64,000 bases of DNA. It comes from a virus. Taxonomy: Duplodnaviria > Caudoviricetes. Shown here piece after piece: positions 48,132 through 57,259 of this stretch. The DNA lies in IMG/VR virus record IMGVR_UViG_3300013307_000020, positions 1,377-65,376 of that record; one strand, given 5' to 3'. Under the pieces are notes generated by a model. That model worked only from the letters and a program-made list of their open reading frames with translations, did no database searches and was not told where the DNA came from. The translations under genes and the position numbers were made by a program. The first letter of the stretch is position 1, and each line of letters opens with the position of its first letter.

Positions 48132-49832
48132 TCAGATGATGATGAGACCGCGTTCGTTGTAGGGACCGGATTCATCCGGTACGAGCGCAGCGCCGTAAGC
48201 CATGATCGCCGCGGTGAGGCCGTCGATGCGGCCATTCGATTTCTTCTTCGTCGGCATCAGATTCTTGTTGCGGTCTTCCTCGAAACGAATGTTCGAGGCC
48301 ATCCACGCCAGAACCGGATTGCCGCCATGTTCGAGCTTGCGCGCCTGAACGAGATTCAAAAATTCCTTCGTCGGGTGCGAGTAGGACTTCATGCCCTGAA
48401 TGAACTCTCGCACCGGCACGCCCTTGTCCTGCAATTCGAGTGCAAGCTTGGTCGCGTCCCACGTATCGTAAGGGCACGCCAGAATGTTGAACTTCTTCTG
48501 CCAGTCGAGGATCTCGCGCTTCACTTCGTCCTGATCGACCACATCGCCGGCGGTCACGTCGATCCAGTGTTCGTCGATCCAGCGTTGATAGTGGATGCGA
48601 TCTCGATCCTCGCGCTCCTCGACATTCTCGGCCGGGCACCAAAAGCGCACCCAGAGCTTCCATCGTTCGCCGTCCTCGATGGGCGGGAACAGAAGCGCCG
48701 CGGCCGTCAGGTCGATCTTCGATGAAATGTCGAACGCCGCATAAGCGTCGCGCCCATGCATCTTGTCGGGATCAAACGATTCAATCGAATTCTCGCGCCA
48801 GCGATCCGCATCGATCCCGCCGATGGTCGTCGACGTGCGCAGATTGCAGCGAAGCCGTTTGAAGTTCGCTTGCGCGGCCGGATTGCCTTTCGCCTTGGCG
48901 CACTTCTCCTTCAGATCATCGAGCTTGACCGAGACCCCGAGATTTGGATTCGCTTTGATCCAAGTCTCGGGGTCATCCCAACGATCACCGTCATCAAGCG
49001 TCGCGATATATACGAAATAGGAATCGTTCTCCAGAACGCGCGTCACGATCTTCTCGGCGTAGGCGCGCTCGTCGGCGTACACCGTGCCGATGCGATCATC
49101 CCCCGCCGTGGTGATGATCCACAAAAGCGGCTGGCGCCGCGAACCCGTCGCCGTGTCGAGCACATCCAGAAGATCGCGCGAGGCGTGCTTGTGGAGCTCG
49201 TCCACGACAACCATGTGCGGATTCAAACCGTCGAGCGTATTGGCGTCCGATGACAGAGGCTCGAACTTCGAGCTTGTCGTTTCGACGCTGATCGCGTTCT
49301 TGCGCAGAAGCGCCCGCTTGCGCAGCGCCGGCGAGGAGCGAACCATGCGGCGCGATTCATCGAAGACGATGCGCGCCTGATCTTTCTTCGTCGCGGCCGA
49401 GTAGACTTCGGCGCCCGCCTCGTGATCCGCGATCAAACCGTCCAGCGCGATCGCCGAGGCTTCGGTCGATTTGCCGTTCTTGCGGGCCACTTCGTTGTAA
49501 GCGATGCGAAAGCGGCGCGTGCCGTCGCTGCGCATCCAGCCATACACAGATCCGATGCGGAACTGTTGCCACAGCGTAGGCTCGAAACGCGTACCGGCGA
49601 ATTCGCCCTTCGAGTGGCGCGTCAGCCCCATGAAATCGAGATGATACGCCGCGAGATCGGGACGAAAGATCAGTCCGCGCTCGTGACCGTGATCGAGATC
49701 ATCCAGGTGTCGCGCACATGCCGCCTTGACGAGCTTGCCGGCGATGATCTCGCCCGAAACAACCGCCAGCGCATAGCGCGAAACCGGATCAGTTCGGTCG
49801 TAAGTCGGCGGGGTAAGAGGCAAGGACGGCAT
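48132..49832 (-). CDS. terL: terminase large subunit
   Basis: ARKNGKS, VVDELH, ITTAG, KANPNLG, RIDG; start approximate. Confidence 0.93.
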   Translation of the reverse strand: MPSLPLTPPTYDRTDPVSRYALAVVSGEIIAGKLVKAACARHLDDLDHGHERGLIFRPDLAAYHLDFMGLTRHSKGEFAGTRFEPTLWQQFRIGSVYGWMRSDGTRRFRIAYNEVARKNGKSTEASAIALDGLIADHEAGAEVYSAATKKDQARIVFDESRRMVRSSPALRKRALLRKNAISVETTSSKFEPLSSDANTLDGLNPHMVVVDELHKHASRDLLDVLDTATGSRRQPLLWIITTAGDDRIGTVYADERAYAEKIVTRVLENDSYFVYIATLDDGDRWDDPETWIKANPNLGVSVKLDDLKEKCAKAKGNPAAQANFKRLRCNLRTSTTIGGIDADRWRENSIESFDPDKMHGRDAYAAFDISSKIDLTAAALLFPPIEDGERWKLWVRFWCPAENVEEREDRDRIHYQRWIDEHWIDVTAGDVVDQDEVKREILDWQKKFNILACPYDTWDATKLALELQDKGVPVREFIQGMKSYSHPTKEFLNLVQARKLEHGGNPVLAWMASNIRFEEDRNKNLMPTKKKSNGRIDGLTAAIMAYGAALVPDESGPYNERGLIII

Positions 49833-50382
49833 CGAGATTTTCATCCTCGTCGACCCGATTATGCGCGGGCTTCGGAGCAGGCAGGAACACATCGCCGCCC
49901 ATTCCGGCGCTCAGACGCGGACGGCTGGCGGGCGTGAAGCCCAACTCCGCCGCGCATTTCGCGAGACGCAAGGTCGCCTTGTTGATGATCGACACATAGG
50001 GCGATTGAACGATGTTGCCGCCATACTCCAGCACAGATCCATCGCGCTTCGTCTCGCGCTTCTGACCCGTGACCGTGAGAAGCGGCAGGGAGTTTTCGGC
50101 ATCGGCCTTCGCCTGGGCGATGGTCGCGGTGCGCATGTGATCGAACGCGATGACATAACCGGCGAGAATGCCGAGATCGATCGAACCGAGCACGCCGACC
50201 GGCGCGTTCTCAATCGCATAGCGCCAGTGATCCTTTTGCGCCGCCGTCAGCCATTCGGGCGGCGCGTCAAGTTCGCCAGTCACCACCGGCTCATTCTCGC
50301 GCGTCTTCAAGCGCGTCGAATTCCCCGTGCCATGAAGCTCGTGCAACGCTGTGGGCTTCGGCTTTCGACCCCTTTGTGCCAA
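49789..50382 (-). CDS. terS: terminase small subunit, P27 family
   Basis: RGRKPKPT, PPEWL, QSPY, ELGFTPASR. Confidence 0.88.
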   Translation of the reverse strand: MAQRGRKPKPTALHELHGTGNSTRLKTRENEPVVTGELDAPPEWLTAAQKDHWRYAIENAPVGVLGSIDLGILAGYVIAFDHMRTATIAQAKADAENSLPLLTVTGQKRETKRDGSVLEYGGNIVQSPYVSIINKATLRLAKCAAELGFTPASRPRLSAGMGGDVFLPAPKPAHNRVDEDENLDAVLASYPADLRPN

Positions 50383-50495
50383 GGCGTAATCCCTTTGGTG
50401 GCGCTACTGGGAAGCTCGCTGGCGCGCGTGTTTCCCAAGCGTGTTTCTGTACGTCGCGACGCTCAAGATGCTGGCAGCGCGCGGGATAATCGACT

Positions 50496-50658
50496 TTTGA
50501 CCCCCCTGAACGTCAAAACGTAATCGCGAATCTCAAGGCCCCACCCGCTTGCGGGGGGAGTGTCAATTCCTTTGACACCCCTACGCGGGGGTTCTGTAAA
50601 AGAATGTGACACTTCTCGCATGTCAGCCGCTTTGACAGTGTGATGATCGAACGTGTCA
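50496..50658. promoter_or_regulatory. putative cos/packaging region with TGTCA/TGACA repeats
   Basis: Between HNH and terS; TGTCA-N7-TGACA at 50561 and 50621. Confidence 0.5.
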
Positions 50659-50665
50659 ACGGCGG

Positions 50666-50950
50666 TTACGTCCGATCACCCTTCTCGGGATGAAGCGCGT
50701 TGTGACACCGAGCACAGATATCCAGCAATCTCGCAATCGGAACGAGTGTGCCTGACTCCGCGTGCGCGAGATGATGCGCGTAGCGGGCCTGTGCGTTGTG
50801 ACACCGCTCGCAAATGCCCTTTGATCTTTTTCTCAATTGGCTTCGAAGCGCGCGCCACTCGGAAGATTGGTAGAAGCGATCATACGATTGCGAAGTCCGT
50901 AGTGCGGGTTTCCACCCGGCGTTGCGCATGATCGGCGGCCGCGTTGGCAC
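50666..50950 (-). CDS. HNH endonuclease, packaging-associated
   Basis: FYQSSEWR.LR, CERC, HH, CARCHNALH. Confidence 0.8.
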   Translation of the reverse strand: MPTRPPIMRNAGWKPALRTSQSYDRFYQSSEWRALRSQLRKRSKGICERCHNAQARYAHHLAHAESGTLVPIARLLDICARCHNALHPEKGDRT

Positions 50951-51289
50951 CTAGCGGCGACGGACGTGTTGCGATTGACGATTCGTGTTCAGTTGCCGTG
51001 TGATGCGCTGATCTTGCTTCGCATCGAGCAGGCGCTTGGCTTCATCACCGCCGAGCTCGGCACTGGTGATGATGCATGGCTGATCAGTGAAGGGGTGTCT
51101 GCACTCACGCGTGAATGGTGCAGAAGTTTTTGCGCGCATGATTTTCACGGTGTTGGGGGTGCGCGCGAATTGCGCGACGATTCTTGGAACGTGTCAAGCG
51201 GGTACTTAATCGGCTGAGATTGTTGCCGAAAGAAACCACGGCGAATTCGGTGGGGATTCGAATGGCGGAAAACGTGACGAAATCGCCCG

Positions 51290-51346
51290 AGCAAAACGGA
51301 AGCAATTGCTTCTCGTTTGCTACCCCATTTGCTCACATTTTGCTGG
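51290..51346. repeat. 11-bp-phased AGCA/TGCT array
   Basis: AGCA at 51290, 51301; TGCT at 51307, 51318, 51330, 51341. Confidence 0.55.
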
Positions 51347-51466
51347 CGAACAAATCAGGAATGCGCCGCCACTTTGCAGAGCGGGGGGAGCCTTGGGGCG
51401 ACGACGCATTTCGAGATCGCTAGTCAACGCCGCCGCACGACAGGGTGAAAACTCCACCACCGTCGA

Positions 51467-52024
51467 TCAAACTTCGGCGCACAATGATTCGCGCGGCACG
51501 GAGATTGATCGGCCACCGAATCGCCTGTCAAGTTGGATGAGAGTTCGTCCGCGATCATCGTGCAAAACGAAGCCCGAAAAGTTCTCCAAAACGCCAGCCC
51601 AAATTCGAATGCGCGCGCCGGGCGAAAGCTTTTCCAGAACAGGGACTTGATTGGAATTTTCGATTGGTCTGGTTTGGCTGATTGCGATCAGGTGTTCGAT
51701 CTCGCCTTGGCGGATCGGCGTCGGCATCGGGTTGAGCCCGGTTCTCGATCCCAAAATGGCGGTCACGGCATCGAGCTCGATGATTCGCTGCCATCGGCCA
51801 TCATCGATCACGATGGAAAAGCGCGTGAAGATGTAGCCGGTGATCAATGGCGCGATGATCGTCTCCACCCGCCGCGCGTGCCGTCTGGTGCGGGCCTCTT
51901 TGGGAAGAAATACTTCGAAGCCGGAATCGGCGATCGCCTGGGCGGCGTTGGCTTCAACGTTGCGCTTCGTCTTGACGACATACCAGCGCGGGCTTTCGGC
52001 GGCGGTGGCGACGGCGGTCTGCAT
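51467..52024 (-). CDS. NusG/RfaH-family antiterminator
   Basis: WYVVKT..E, PLITGYIF (NGN domain), PGARIRI.AG.LENF.G (KOW). Confidence 0.85.
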   Translation of the reverse strand: MQTAVATAAESPRWYVVKTKRNVEANAAQAIADSGFEVFLPKEARTRRHARRVETIIAPLITGYIFTRFSIVIDDGRWQRIIELDAVTAILGSRTGLNPMPTPIRQGEIEHLIAISQTRPIENSNQVPVLEKLSPGARIRIWAGVLENFSGFVLHDDRGRTLIQLDRRFGGRSISVPRESLCAEV

Positions 52025-52088
52025 GTAGGTTGGGAACCCCCCTCAAAATCGCGATGGTTGGATGCCTGATCTATTGGCGGCGGTCAAA

Positions 52089-52104
52089 TGTTTCCCGTGA
52101 AACA
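52089..52104. promoter_or_regulatory. parS-like palindrome
   Basis: TGTTTCCCGTGAAACA, 15/16 match to TGTTTCACGTGAAACA. Confidence 0.6.
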
Positions 52105-52179
52105 ATTCCAAAAAGAGGAACGAAATCCATTGCTTGAGCGGCGCGTAACTTTTTGCCATCCCGTTTGAGGCGGGAACTT

Positions 52180-52638
52180 TCAAACCAACAAGCTCTCCCA
52201 TACCTGGCGCGGCGAGGCATGCAGCGATGCGCGACGCGAATTCTCGGCCGGCACGTTGGCCTTCCGGCAAAGCAGGCGCTTGGACGCTTTCATCATCACG
52301 GGGCCGAATGCCCTGAGATCGTGGGTGCCGTTCGCGACGCCGCGCTGATGCGCGATCTCGAAGACGTCATCGGACGTGAATAGGCGCTGACGCGCGGCAA
52401 CTTCCCTGACGATCTCGAACATGATCTCGCGCCAGCCCTCGGCGGCGTTTCGATCCACACGCGCCACGCCATCGCGCTTCGCCTCTCTCGCCTTCGCGGC
52501 GTCGAAAAGATCGGTCTTGTTTCGGCTCGTGTCGCGCCAGAATTCGGGGCAATGAAAATCCGCCTTTGTCGTCCGGCGCTTAACGCGGCAATGCTGAGTG
52601 TGGGGATTCCATGCGAAGCAGAATTGACAGCTATCCAC
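52180..52638 (-). CDS. hypothetical protein with N-terminal four-Cys domain
   Basis: CQFC..HC..HCPEF; FTSDDV, RAFGPVM, H..P..VW.S. Confidence 0.6.
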   Translation of the reverse strand: MDSCQFCFAWNPHTQHCRVKRRTTKADFHCPEFWRDTSRNKTDLFDAAKAREAKRDGVARVDRNAAEGWREIMFEIVREVAARQRLFTSDDVFEIAHQRGVANGTHDLRAFGPVMMKASKRLLCRKANVPAENSRRASLHASPRQVWESLLV

Positions 52639-52742
52639 GCGCGCGCATCGCCGAATCAGTCACGCGTGGGAATATAGGCCGCGCACGATCCTGTGGACAG
52701 ACGACAGAACTGCGCAGAAACACGCTTGACTTCGCTCGTGGC

Positions 52743-53063
52743 TCAGCCGTCGCGATTTTCGAGAATGAAGTCGGCCGCGTTGGTGCGCAGGCACGGCCGA
52801 TAATGAATCGGCGCCGGCTTCTCCAGGCGCGCGACGCGCAGCCGATATTTGCGGATCTTCGTCGACGCAAGCTTGGCCTTGGTCTGCCAAGCGGCGAGCT
52901 GGGCGCGCGCTTTGATCAGGCGCTTCTCGCGAAGTTCGGCGCGCGTCGGCGGTGGCTTCTTCGGCCGGGGCAACTTCGGCGGCTTCGGCGTCACGATCTT
53001 CGCCGGGCGCGATTTGCGATAGCCTTTGCGTAAGTGGGGCGGGATATAGAACACCTTGGACAT
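52743..53063 (-). CDS. highly basic hypothetical protein
   Basis: AAGGAGATC RBS. Confidence 0.55.
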   Translation of the reverse strand: MSKVFYIPPHLRKGYRKSRPAKIVTPKPPKLPRPKKPPPTRAELREKRLIKARAQLAAWQTKAKLASTKIRKYRLRVARLEKPAPIHYRPCLRTNAADFILENRDG

Positions 53064-53271
53064 GGCAATCGATCTCCTTCGATTGCGATCATTCTAGCAG
53101 ATCGACTTTTCGGAAATCGCTCGACACGCGCGTCGCGACGATTTGAAGGCCGCGGCTACTGCGTCAAATGATTTTTCGAGCGCGGAAAGAAAACGCTTGA
53201 CGCGATGAACGCTGATCGAGATTGACGCGACTTCGTTGAATTTGTTTTTTCAATGCAGCAGCGCCAAGGCC

Positions 53272-53305
53272 AAAAAAAAGCGCCCCGCGATATTTTGCGG
53301 AGCGC
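53272..53305 (-). terminator. rho-independent terminator
   Basis: Minus strand GCGCTCCGC..GCGGGGCGC-TTTTTTTT. Confidence 0.7.
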
Positions 53306-53420
53306 CTTGCGTGCCTACTCTCAGAAACGTAAGCGTTGATCGTTTCCGTTTTGGAGGATCGTTCACATGGCGGCCTCTATCAGTTGAATCGGGTTATTTG
53401 CTGCACAGCAAATATGAACG

Positions 53421-53591
53421 CTATGTGTTGGTTGGAACTGGCTCGAACTTTTCCGTCAACGTTTCAGTTGAATAGTCCTCCACCGCACCCTTTTTAGGCC
53501 CCGTGAGATAAGTCACACGCCATTGTCCCGGTATGCCGCTCGGGTGCTGGTGCGCCTCGACTATAGGACTGCGCTCACGATATTTGGTCAT
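53421..53591 (-). CDS. small hypothetical protein (56 aa, not in ORF track)
   Basis: MTKYRERSPIVEA..KFEPV; ATGA-coupled to another small upstream ORF. Confidence 0.5.
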   Translation of the reverse strand: MTKYRERSPIVEAHQHPSGIPGQWRVTYLTGPKKGAVEDYSTETLTEKFEPVPTNT

Positions 53592-54349
53592 TCCGCGCTC
53601 ACAACCATCATGTCTATTGCCAGACTAACGGCGTTAGCCCTCACATATAGGCCCTCGGCATCGAGCTTTCGCCAGAGAACCTCGAGCCGCTCGAGGATTT
53701 CAGCGGGGCGCAATGCCCTTCTCGATCTCATGACGAAGCTGCGCCTTCTGCTGTTCCAGCGTGAGATGTGCGGGCCACTTGCGCGCCCCCATCTGCTCGA
53801 TCTCGCGATCCGTAAAAAACCAGCTCTTTGTCTTTTGTTCCATCATGTCCATCTCCCTTCGCCTGCGCTGCCATTTCCGGCCTCAATCGTTCGTTTCGGG
53901 CATCAGCGCCCTTTGGGTTGAACTCTGCTCTCAAGCCATTCCACACGCCGAAGCATTTCATCGTATCCGTAATCGCGCAGGAAAGACTGAAGTGCGGACC
54001 ATGTTCTCCTAATCTCATTTCCTTCCGGTTCACCAAGAGTGACCGATCCTATTGCATCGAAAACATAATCCCGCTCGGCGCGCACTTCCGGCCTCCTGCG
54101 CTCGAATCACCAGATCAGATGCGCAGCGTAGATGATGCAGGCGCCAAAGAAAAAGCTCAGCGAAATGCCGAGCACGTTCGCCCTGTCCATGTTCATGTTG
54201 AGCGCGAGGCAAACGGCAAATGCAAATGCAAGGCATAGAAGAATGAAGGCGACAATCGTCATCACGTCCCTCCCTCTTGGATCAACAAAACGCGCGACGA
54301 CCGCGAAAGTTCACTTGCAAAATTAAATCATTCGGATCACACGTTGCCT

Positions 54350-54691
54350 ATGCAGATCCGAATCGACGTTCATCATTACGTCCACGCAGACGGCAATGCC
54401 GAGGTCGTCGGATTGCTCCACCAGGTGTTGCAAAAACTCGGAGTTCTCAAGATGACCGTTCAAGACGATTTTGCCGCCCTACAGGCGAAGGTTGCCAACG
54501 AAACGACCGTCGAGGCATCGGCGATCACATTGCTTCAAGGCTTGAAGTCTCAACTCGATGCGCTCGCGGCCGCTGGGACGCCGGTCACGTCGGATCAGAT
54601 CAACGCCCTATCGCAACAGATCGACACGAATAGCAGCACGCTTGCTGCGGCCGTGACGGCGAATACTCCGGCGGCACAGCCGACCGCGTAG
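54350..54691 (+). CDS. small Ala-rich helical protein, possibly with two in-frame starts
   Basis: Followed by terminator; internal GGAG + ATG at 54452. Confidence 0.65.
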   Translation: MQIRIDVHHYVHADGNAEVVGLLHQVLQKLGVLKMTVQDDFAALQAKVANETTVEASAITLLQGLKSQLDALAAAGTPVTSDQINALSQQIDTNSSTLAAAVTANTPAAQPTA

Positions 54692-54710
54692 TCGTTCGAT
54701 CATATAGCCC

Positions 54711-54741
54711 AAAAAAAGGCCACCCGCGAGGGTGGCCTTTT
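54711..54741. terminator. bidirectional terminator
   Basis: AAAAAAAGGCCACC-CGCGAG-GGTGGCCTTTT. Confidence 0.85.
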
Positions 54742-54883
54742 GCGTCTCAGCGTCGCCGCCAATGATAGTGCGATTGAAGATGATTGAGCGCGATACAGAG
54801 CCCGAGCCCAATGAGAAAACAAATTCCCAACGCCTGAATGGGATAGGCGCTGAGCGCGACTTGCAAAAAGTTGATCACGTCGA

Positions 54884-55204
54884 TCATGTCTGATCCCCTT
54901 TGATTGGAGCAGCCGACCCCGGCTCGTCGGGCGCGCGCTTGCTCATTTGCCAACTATCTTCGAGCCATTGTGCCATCACTTCGATCGCCAGCGCGGCGCT
55001 GGTCAAAGTCGTGCCATCGTTGCGAAGCATGTTCGCGAGATCGCCTTTCGCCAATTGATGAAGCGCGTTTGGATCCGCGAACAATTCGCTCAGTTGATGA
55101 CCGAGATTTTTCATGCTGGCGGCAAAGCTCAGCATCATGTCGATTTTCTTTTGACGCGTTTGCTCAGCCGCCAATTCGAGCGCCTGCAAAAGCTTGTCGG
55201 GCAT
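54884..55204 (-). CDS. hypothetical protein
   Basis: AAAGGAGATC RBS before MPDKLLQ. Confidence 0.55.
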   Translation of the reverse strand: MPDKLLQALELAAEQTRQKKIDMMLSFAASMKNLGHQLSELFADPNALHQLAKGDLANMLRNDGTTLTSAALAIEVMAQWLEDSWQMSKRAPDEPGSAAPIKGDQT

Positions 55205-55346
55205 GGATCGATCTCCTTTGAGGTGGTGATTGAACGCGATTGAAGTCGAGCTATCAACGAATTTTTCATCTGGCTGCGTACCGAACCCTCCTTCGACGGC
55301 GTATTCTGCCCGCGCGAAATGATTCGCACGCAAAGGAGATAACGCA

Positions 55347-57173
55347 ATGACGACAACGGCATCACCGCGAATTTCGAATGAGACGCTATGGCCCGCACCG
55401 GCGCCGGCGACGCCGGTTCCGTCCACAGGAATGCGTCTCTCGCTCAAGTTTCAGGGAAGCGGGCGAGAATATATTTTCGACGAAAAGGATGGCGTCGATC
55501 AGGGCAAGTTCATTGGCGAGTTGGGCTTCGATCAGACATGCACGCTGACCACGCTCCCCGGCGTTCCGTTCCGCGTCTATTTCCGGCACAACGTCGCGCC
55601 GCGGCCGAGCAATCTACCGCCGGGCGCCAGCCCGCCGTCTCTCGATCCCGGCGACGTGCGCGATCAGGTGATCGCCGAGACCGGCAAGATCAGAGACAAG
55701 AGCGTCCCAGCGGGACCGATTTATGATCCCTACACAATCACGATCTGGAAAAACGGGCAGCAAGTTCATCAAGTCTCGCGCTCGAAGTTTTGGTGGTTCT
55801 CGCGATATCCGTGGTTCAGTTCGCTGCCGCGCATTCTTCGCGACCCCGCGGCTGAGATCAAAGCCAATCGCTTCCCGCCAATCAGCAAGAACACCTGGGT
55901 CAAGACTGTCACGGACTCAACCGCCGCAAATCGCGTGCCGTTCACCGGCCCGATGGATCTCTGTGGCGAAATGTTCGACGGCTCGACCGGAGGCAGGCGC
56001 GAGATTTACGATATCACCGAGCAACAGGCCGATTACATTCTCAATCGAACGGCGATGGCGCTGTCGCAAGTGTTCGATGACGGGTTCGCCAACTCAAGCT
56101 CGCCGCTTCATTATCGCGACGAGACGACCGGCGCACCGTGGAATGTGCAAGCCAATCCCTATTGGTCGACCGATCTTGCAAGTGTGAAGCCGGATCATCT
56201 GATCGACAAAGGCCCGCACCCGACATTGCTCGACGGATCGAACGACAACACCTATCACGTCCCCGAAACCGCGCACACGCCGGACAATTTGTGGGTGCTC
56301 TGGCGTCTGACAGGCGATCCCTACTATCTCGAGGAATTGCAGTTCACGTCGCTTCTCGGTCAGACATTTTCTGCCTACTACAATCATCAATGGCAGAAGC
56401 CGGGCGCGTGCGGCTATGAACAGGATCGCGCGCTGGCATGGTCGCTGCGCTTTCAGGTGCGATGCGCGCACGCATCACCAGTCAGCCCGCCGAAATGGTT
56501 GTTGCCAAAATCGGTGTTCGAACAAAATCTCGAAGACAACTTCCAGATTCTCTCGAACTATCTCACGTCGCCGGCGAGGCTTCACACGGTTTTCAATTCC
56601 ATGTGCCGTGCTGGCGGCTATGCAGTTTGGCAAGTCAGCTTCGAAAGCCGCATGTTCGCCCACATCGTCAATCTCGGATATTCGAAATGGAAAACAATCC
56701 ATGATTGGAATCTGAAATCGCTCGTGGCGATCATGGATGGCAAGAGCGGTTGGAATCCGCAATGCCCCGGCCAATATCATTGGGAGCAAGTGTCTGACGG
56801 TTCGCGTTACAGCTATGTCGGACCTTCGTCGACGGCCATGGGAAAGACGCCTGCGCAGATCGCGGCGATCGATGCGGTCACGCTCAGCGGCTACGGCGAG
56901 GCATGGGCGAAATACAAAACCGACATGGGCTTCACCGATGCGGGATGGTTGCCTGGCCGCATCTATGATCACGAGCAAGGTCCGGACTACCCGCTGAATT
57001 TGCGCGCAGCTTACGTGATGGCAATTCGGCTCGGTCACACCGAAGTTCAGCCGCTTCTCGATGCGCTGGATTCCGGCATGAAGAAGGGCGTGCTCAACTT
57101 CGATGGCACGTTCAACTACGATCCGACGAAGACCGGAATGAACTGCAAGCTTGCGTTTGATGTAGCGGCTTGA
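55347..57173 (+). CDS. 608-aa protein, possible (alpha/alpha)-toroid glycan-active enzyme
   Basis: AAAGGAG RBS; aromatic-rich; AH.P..LTGDPYYLEELQF and Q.RA.AW.LR. Confidence 0.6.
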   Translation: MTTTASPRISNETLWPAPAPATPVPSTGMRLSLKFQGSGREYIFDEKDGVDQGKFIGELGFDQTCTLTTLPGVPFRVYFRHNVAPRPSNLPPGASPPSLDPGDVRDQVIAETGKIRDKSVPAGPIYDPYTITIWKNGQQVHQVSRSKFWWFSRYPWFSSLPRILRDPAAEIKANRFPPISKNTWVKTVTDSTAANRVPFTGPMDLCGEMFDGSTGGRREIYDITEQQADYILNRTAMALSQVFDDGFANSSSPLHYRDETTGAPWNVQANPYWSTDLASVKPDHLIDKGPHPTLLDGSNDNTYHVPETAHTPDNLWVLWRLTGDPYYLEELQFTSLLGQTFSAYYNHQWQKPGACGYEQDRALAWSLRFQVRCAHASPVSPPKWLLPKSVFEQNLEDNFQILSNYLTSPARLHTVFNSMCRAGGYAVWQVSFESRMFAHIVNLGYSKWKTIHDWNLKSLVAIMDGKSGWNPQCPGQYHWEQVSDGSRYSYVGPSSTAMGKTPAQIAAIDAVTLSGYGEAWAKYKTDMGFTDAGWLPGRIYDHEQGPDYPLNLRAAYVMAIRLGHTEVQPLLDALDSGMKKGVLNFDGTFNYDPTKTGMNCKLAFDVAA

Positions 57174-57181
57174 ATTTGCGC

Positions 57182-57255
57182 TGGCTCACCCTCATGGATT
57201 CGAACCATGATTGCCAGCTTCAAAGGCTGGAGTCCTGCCGTTAGACGAAGGGTGA
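57182..57255 (-). tRNA. tRNA-Gln(TTG)
   Basis: Acceptor TCACCCT/AGGGTGA + G + CCA; anticodon arm CCAGC-CTTTGAA-GCTGG; T arm CATGG-TTCGAAT-CCATG. Confidence 0.93.
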
Positions 57256-57259
57256 TCGT

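Noticed and set aside
50666-50950. HNH as a mobile homing endonuclease
   Set aside because: Small size and position before terS fit the packaging HNH of cos phages
53161-53230. TTGACGC repeated three times as an operator
   Set aside because: Explained equally well as sigma70 -35 boxes; no further support
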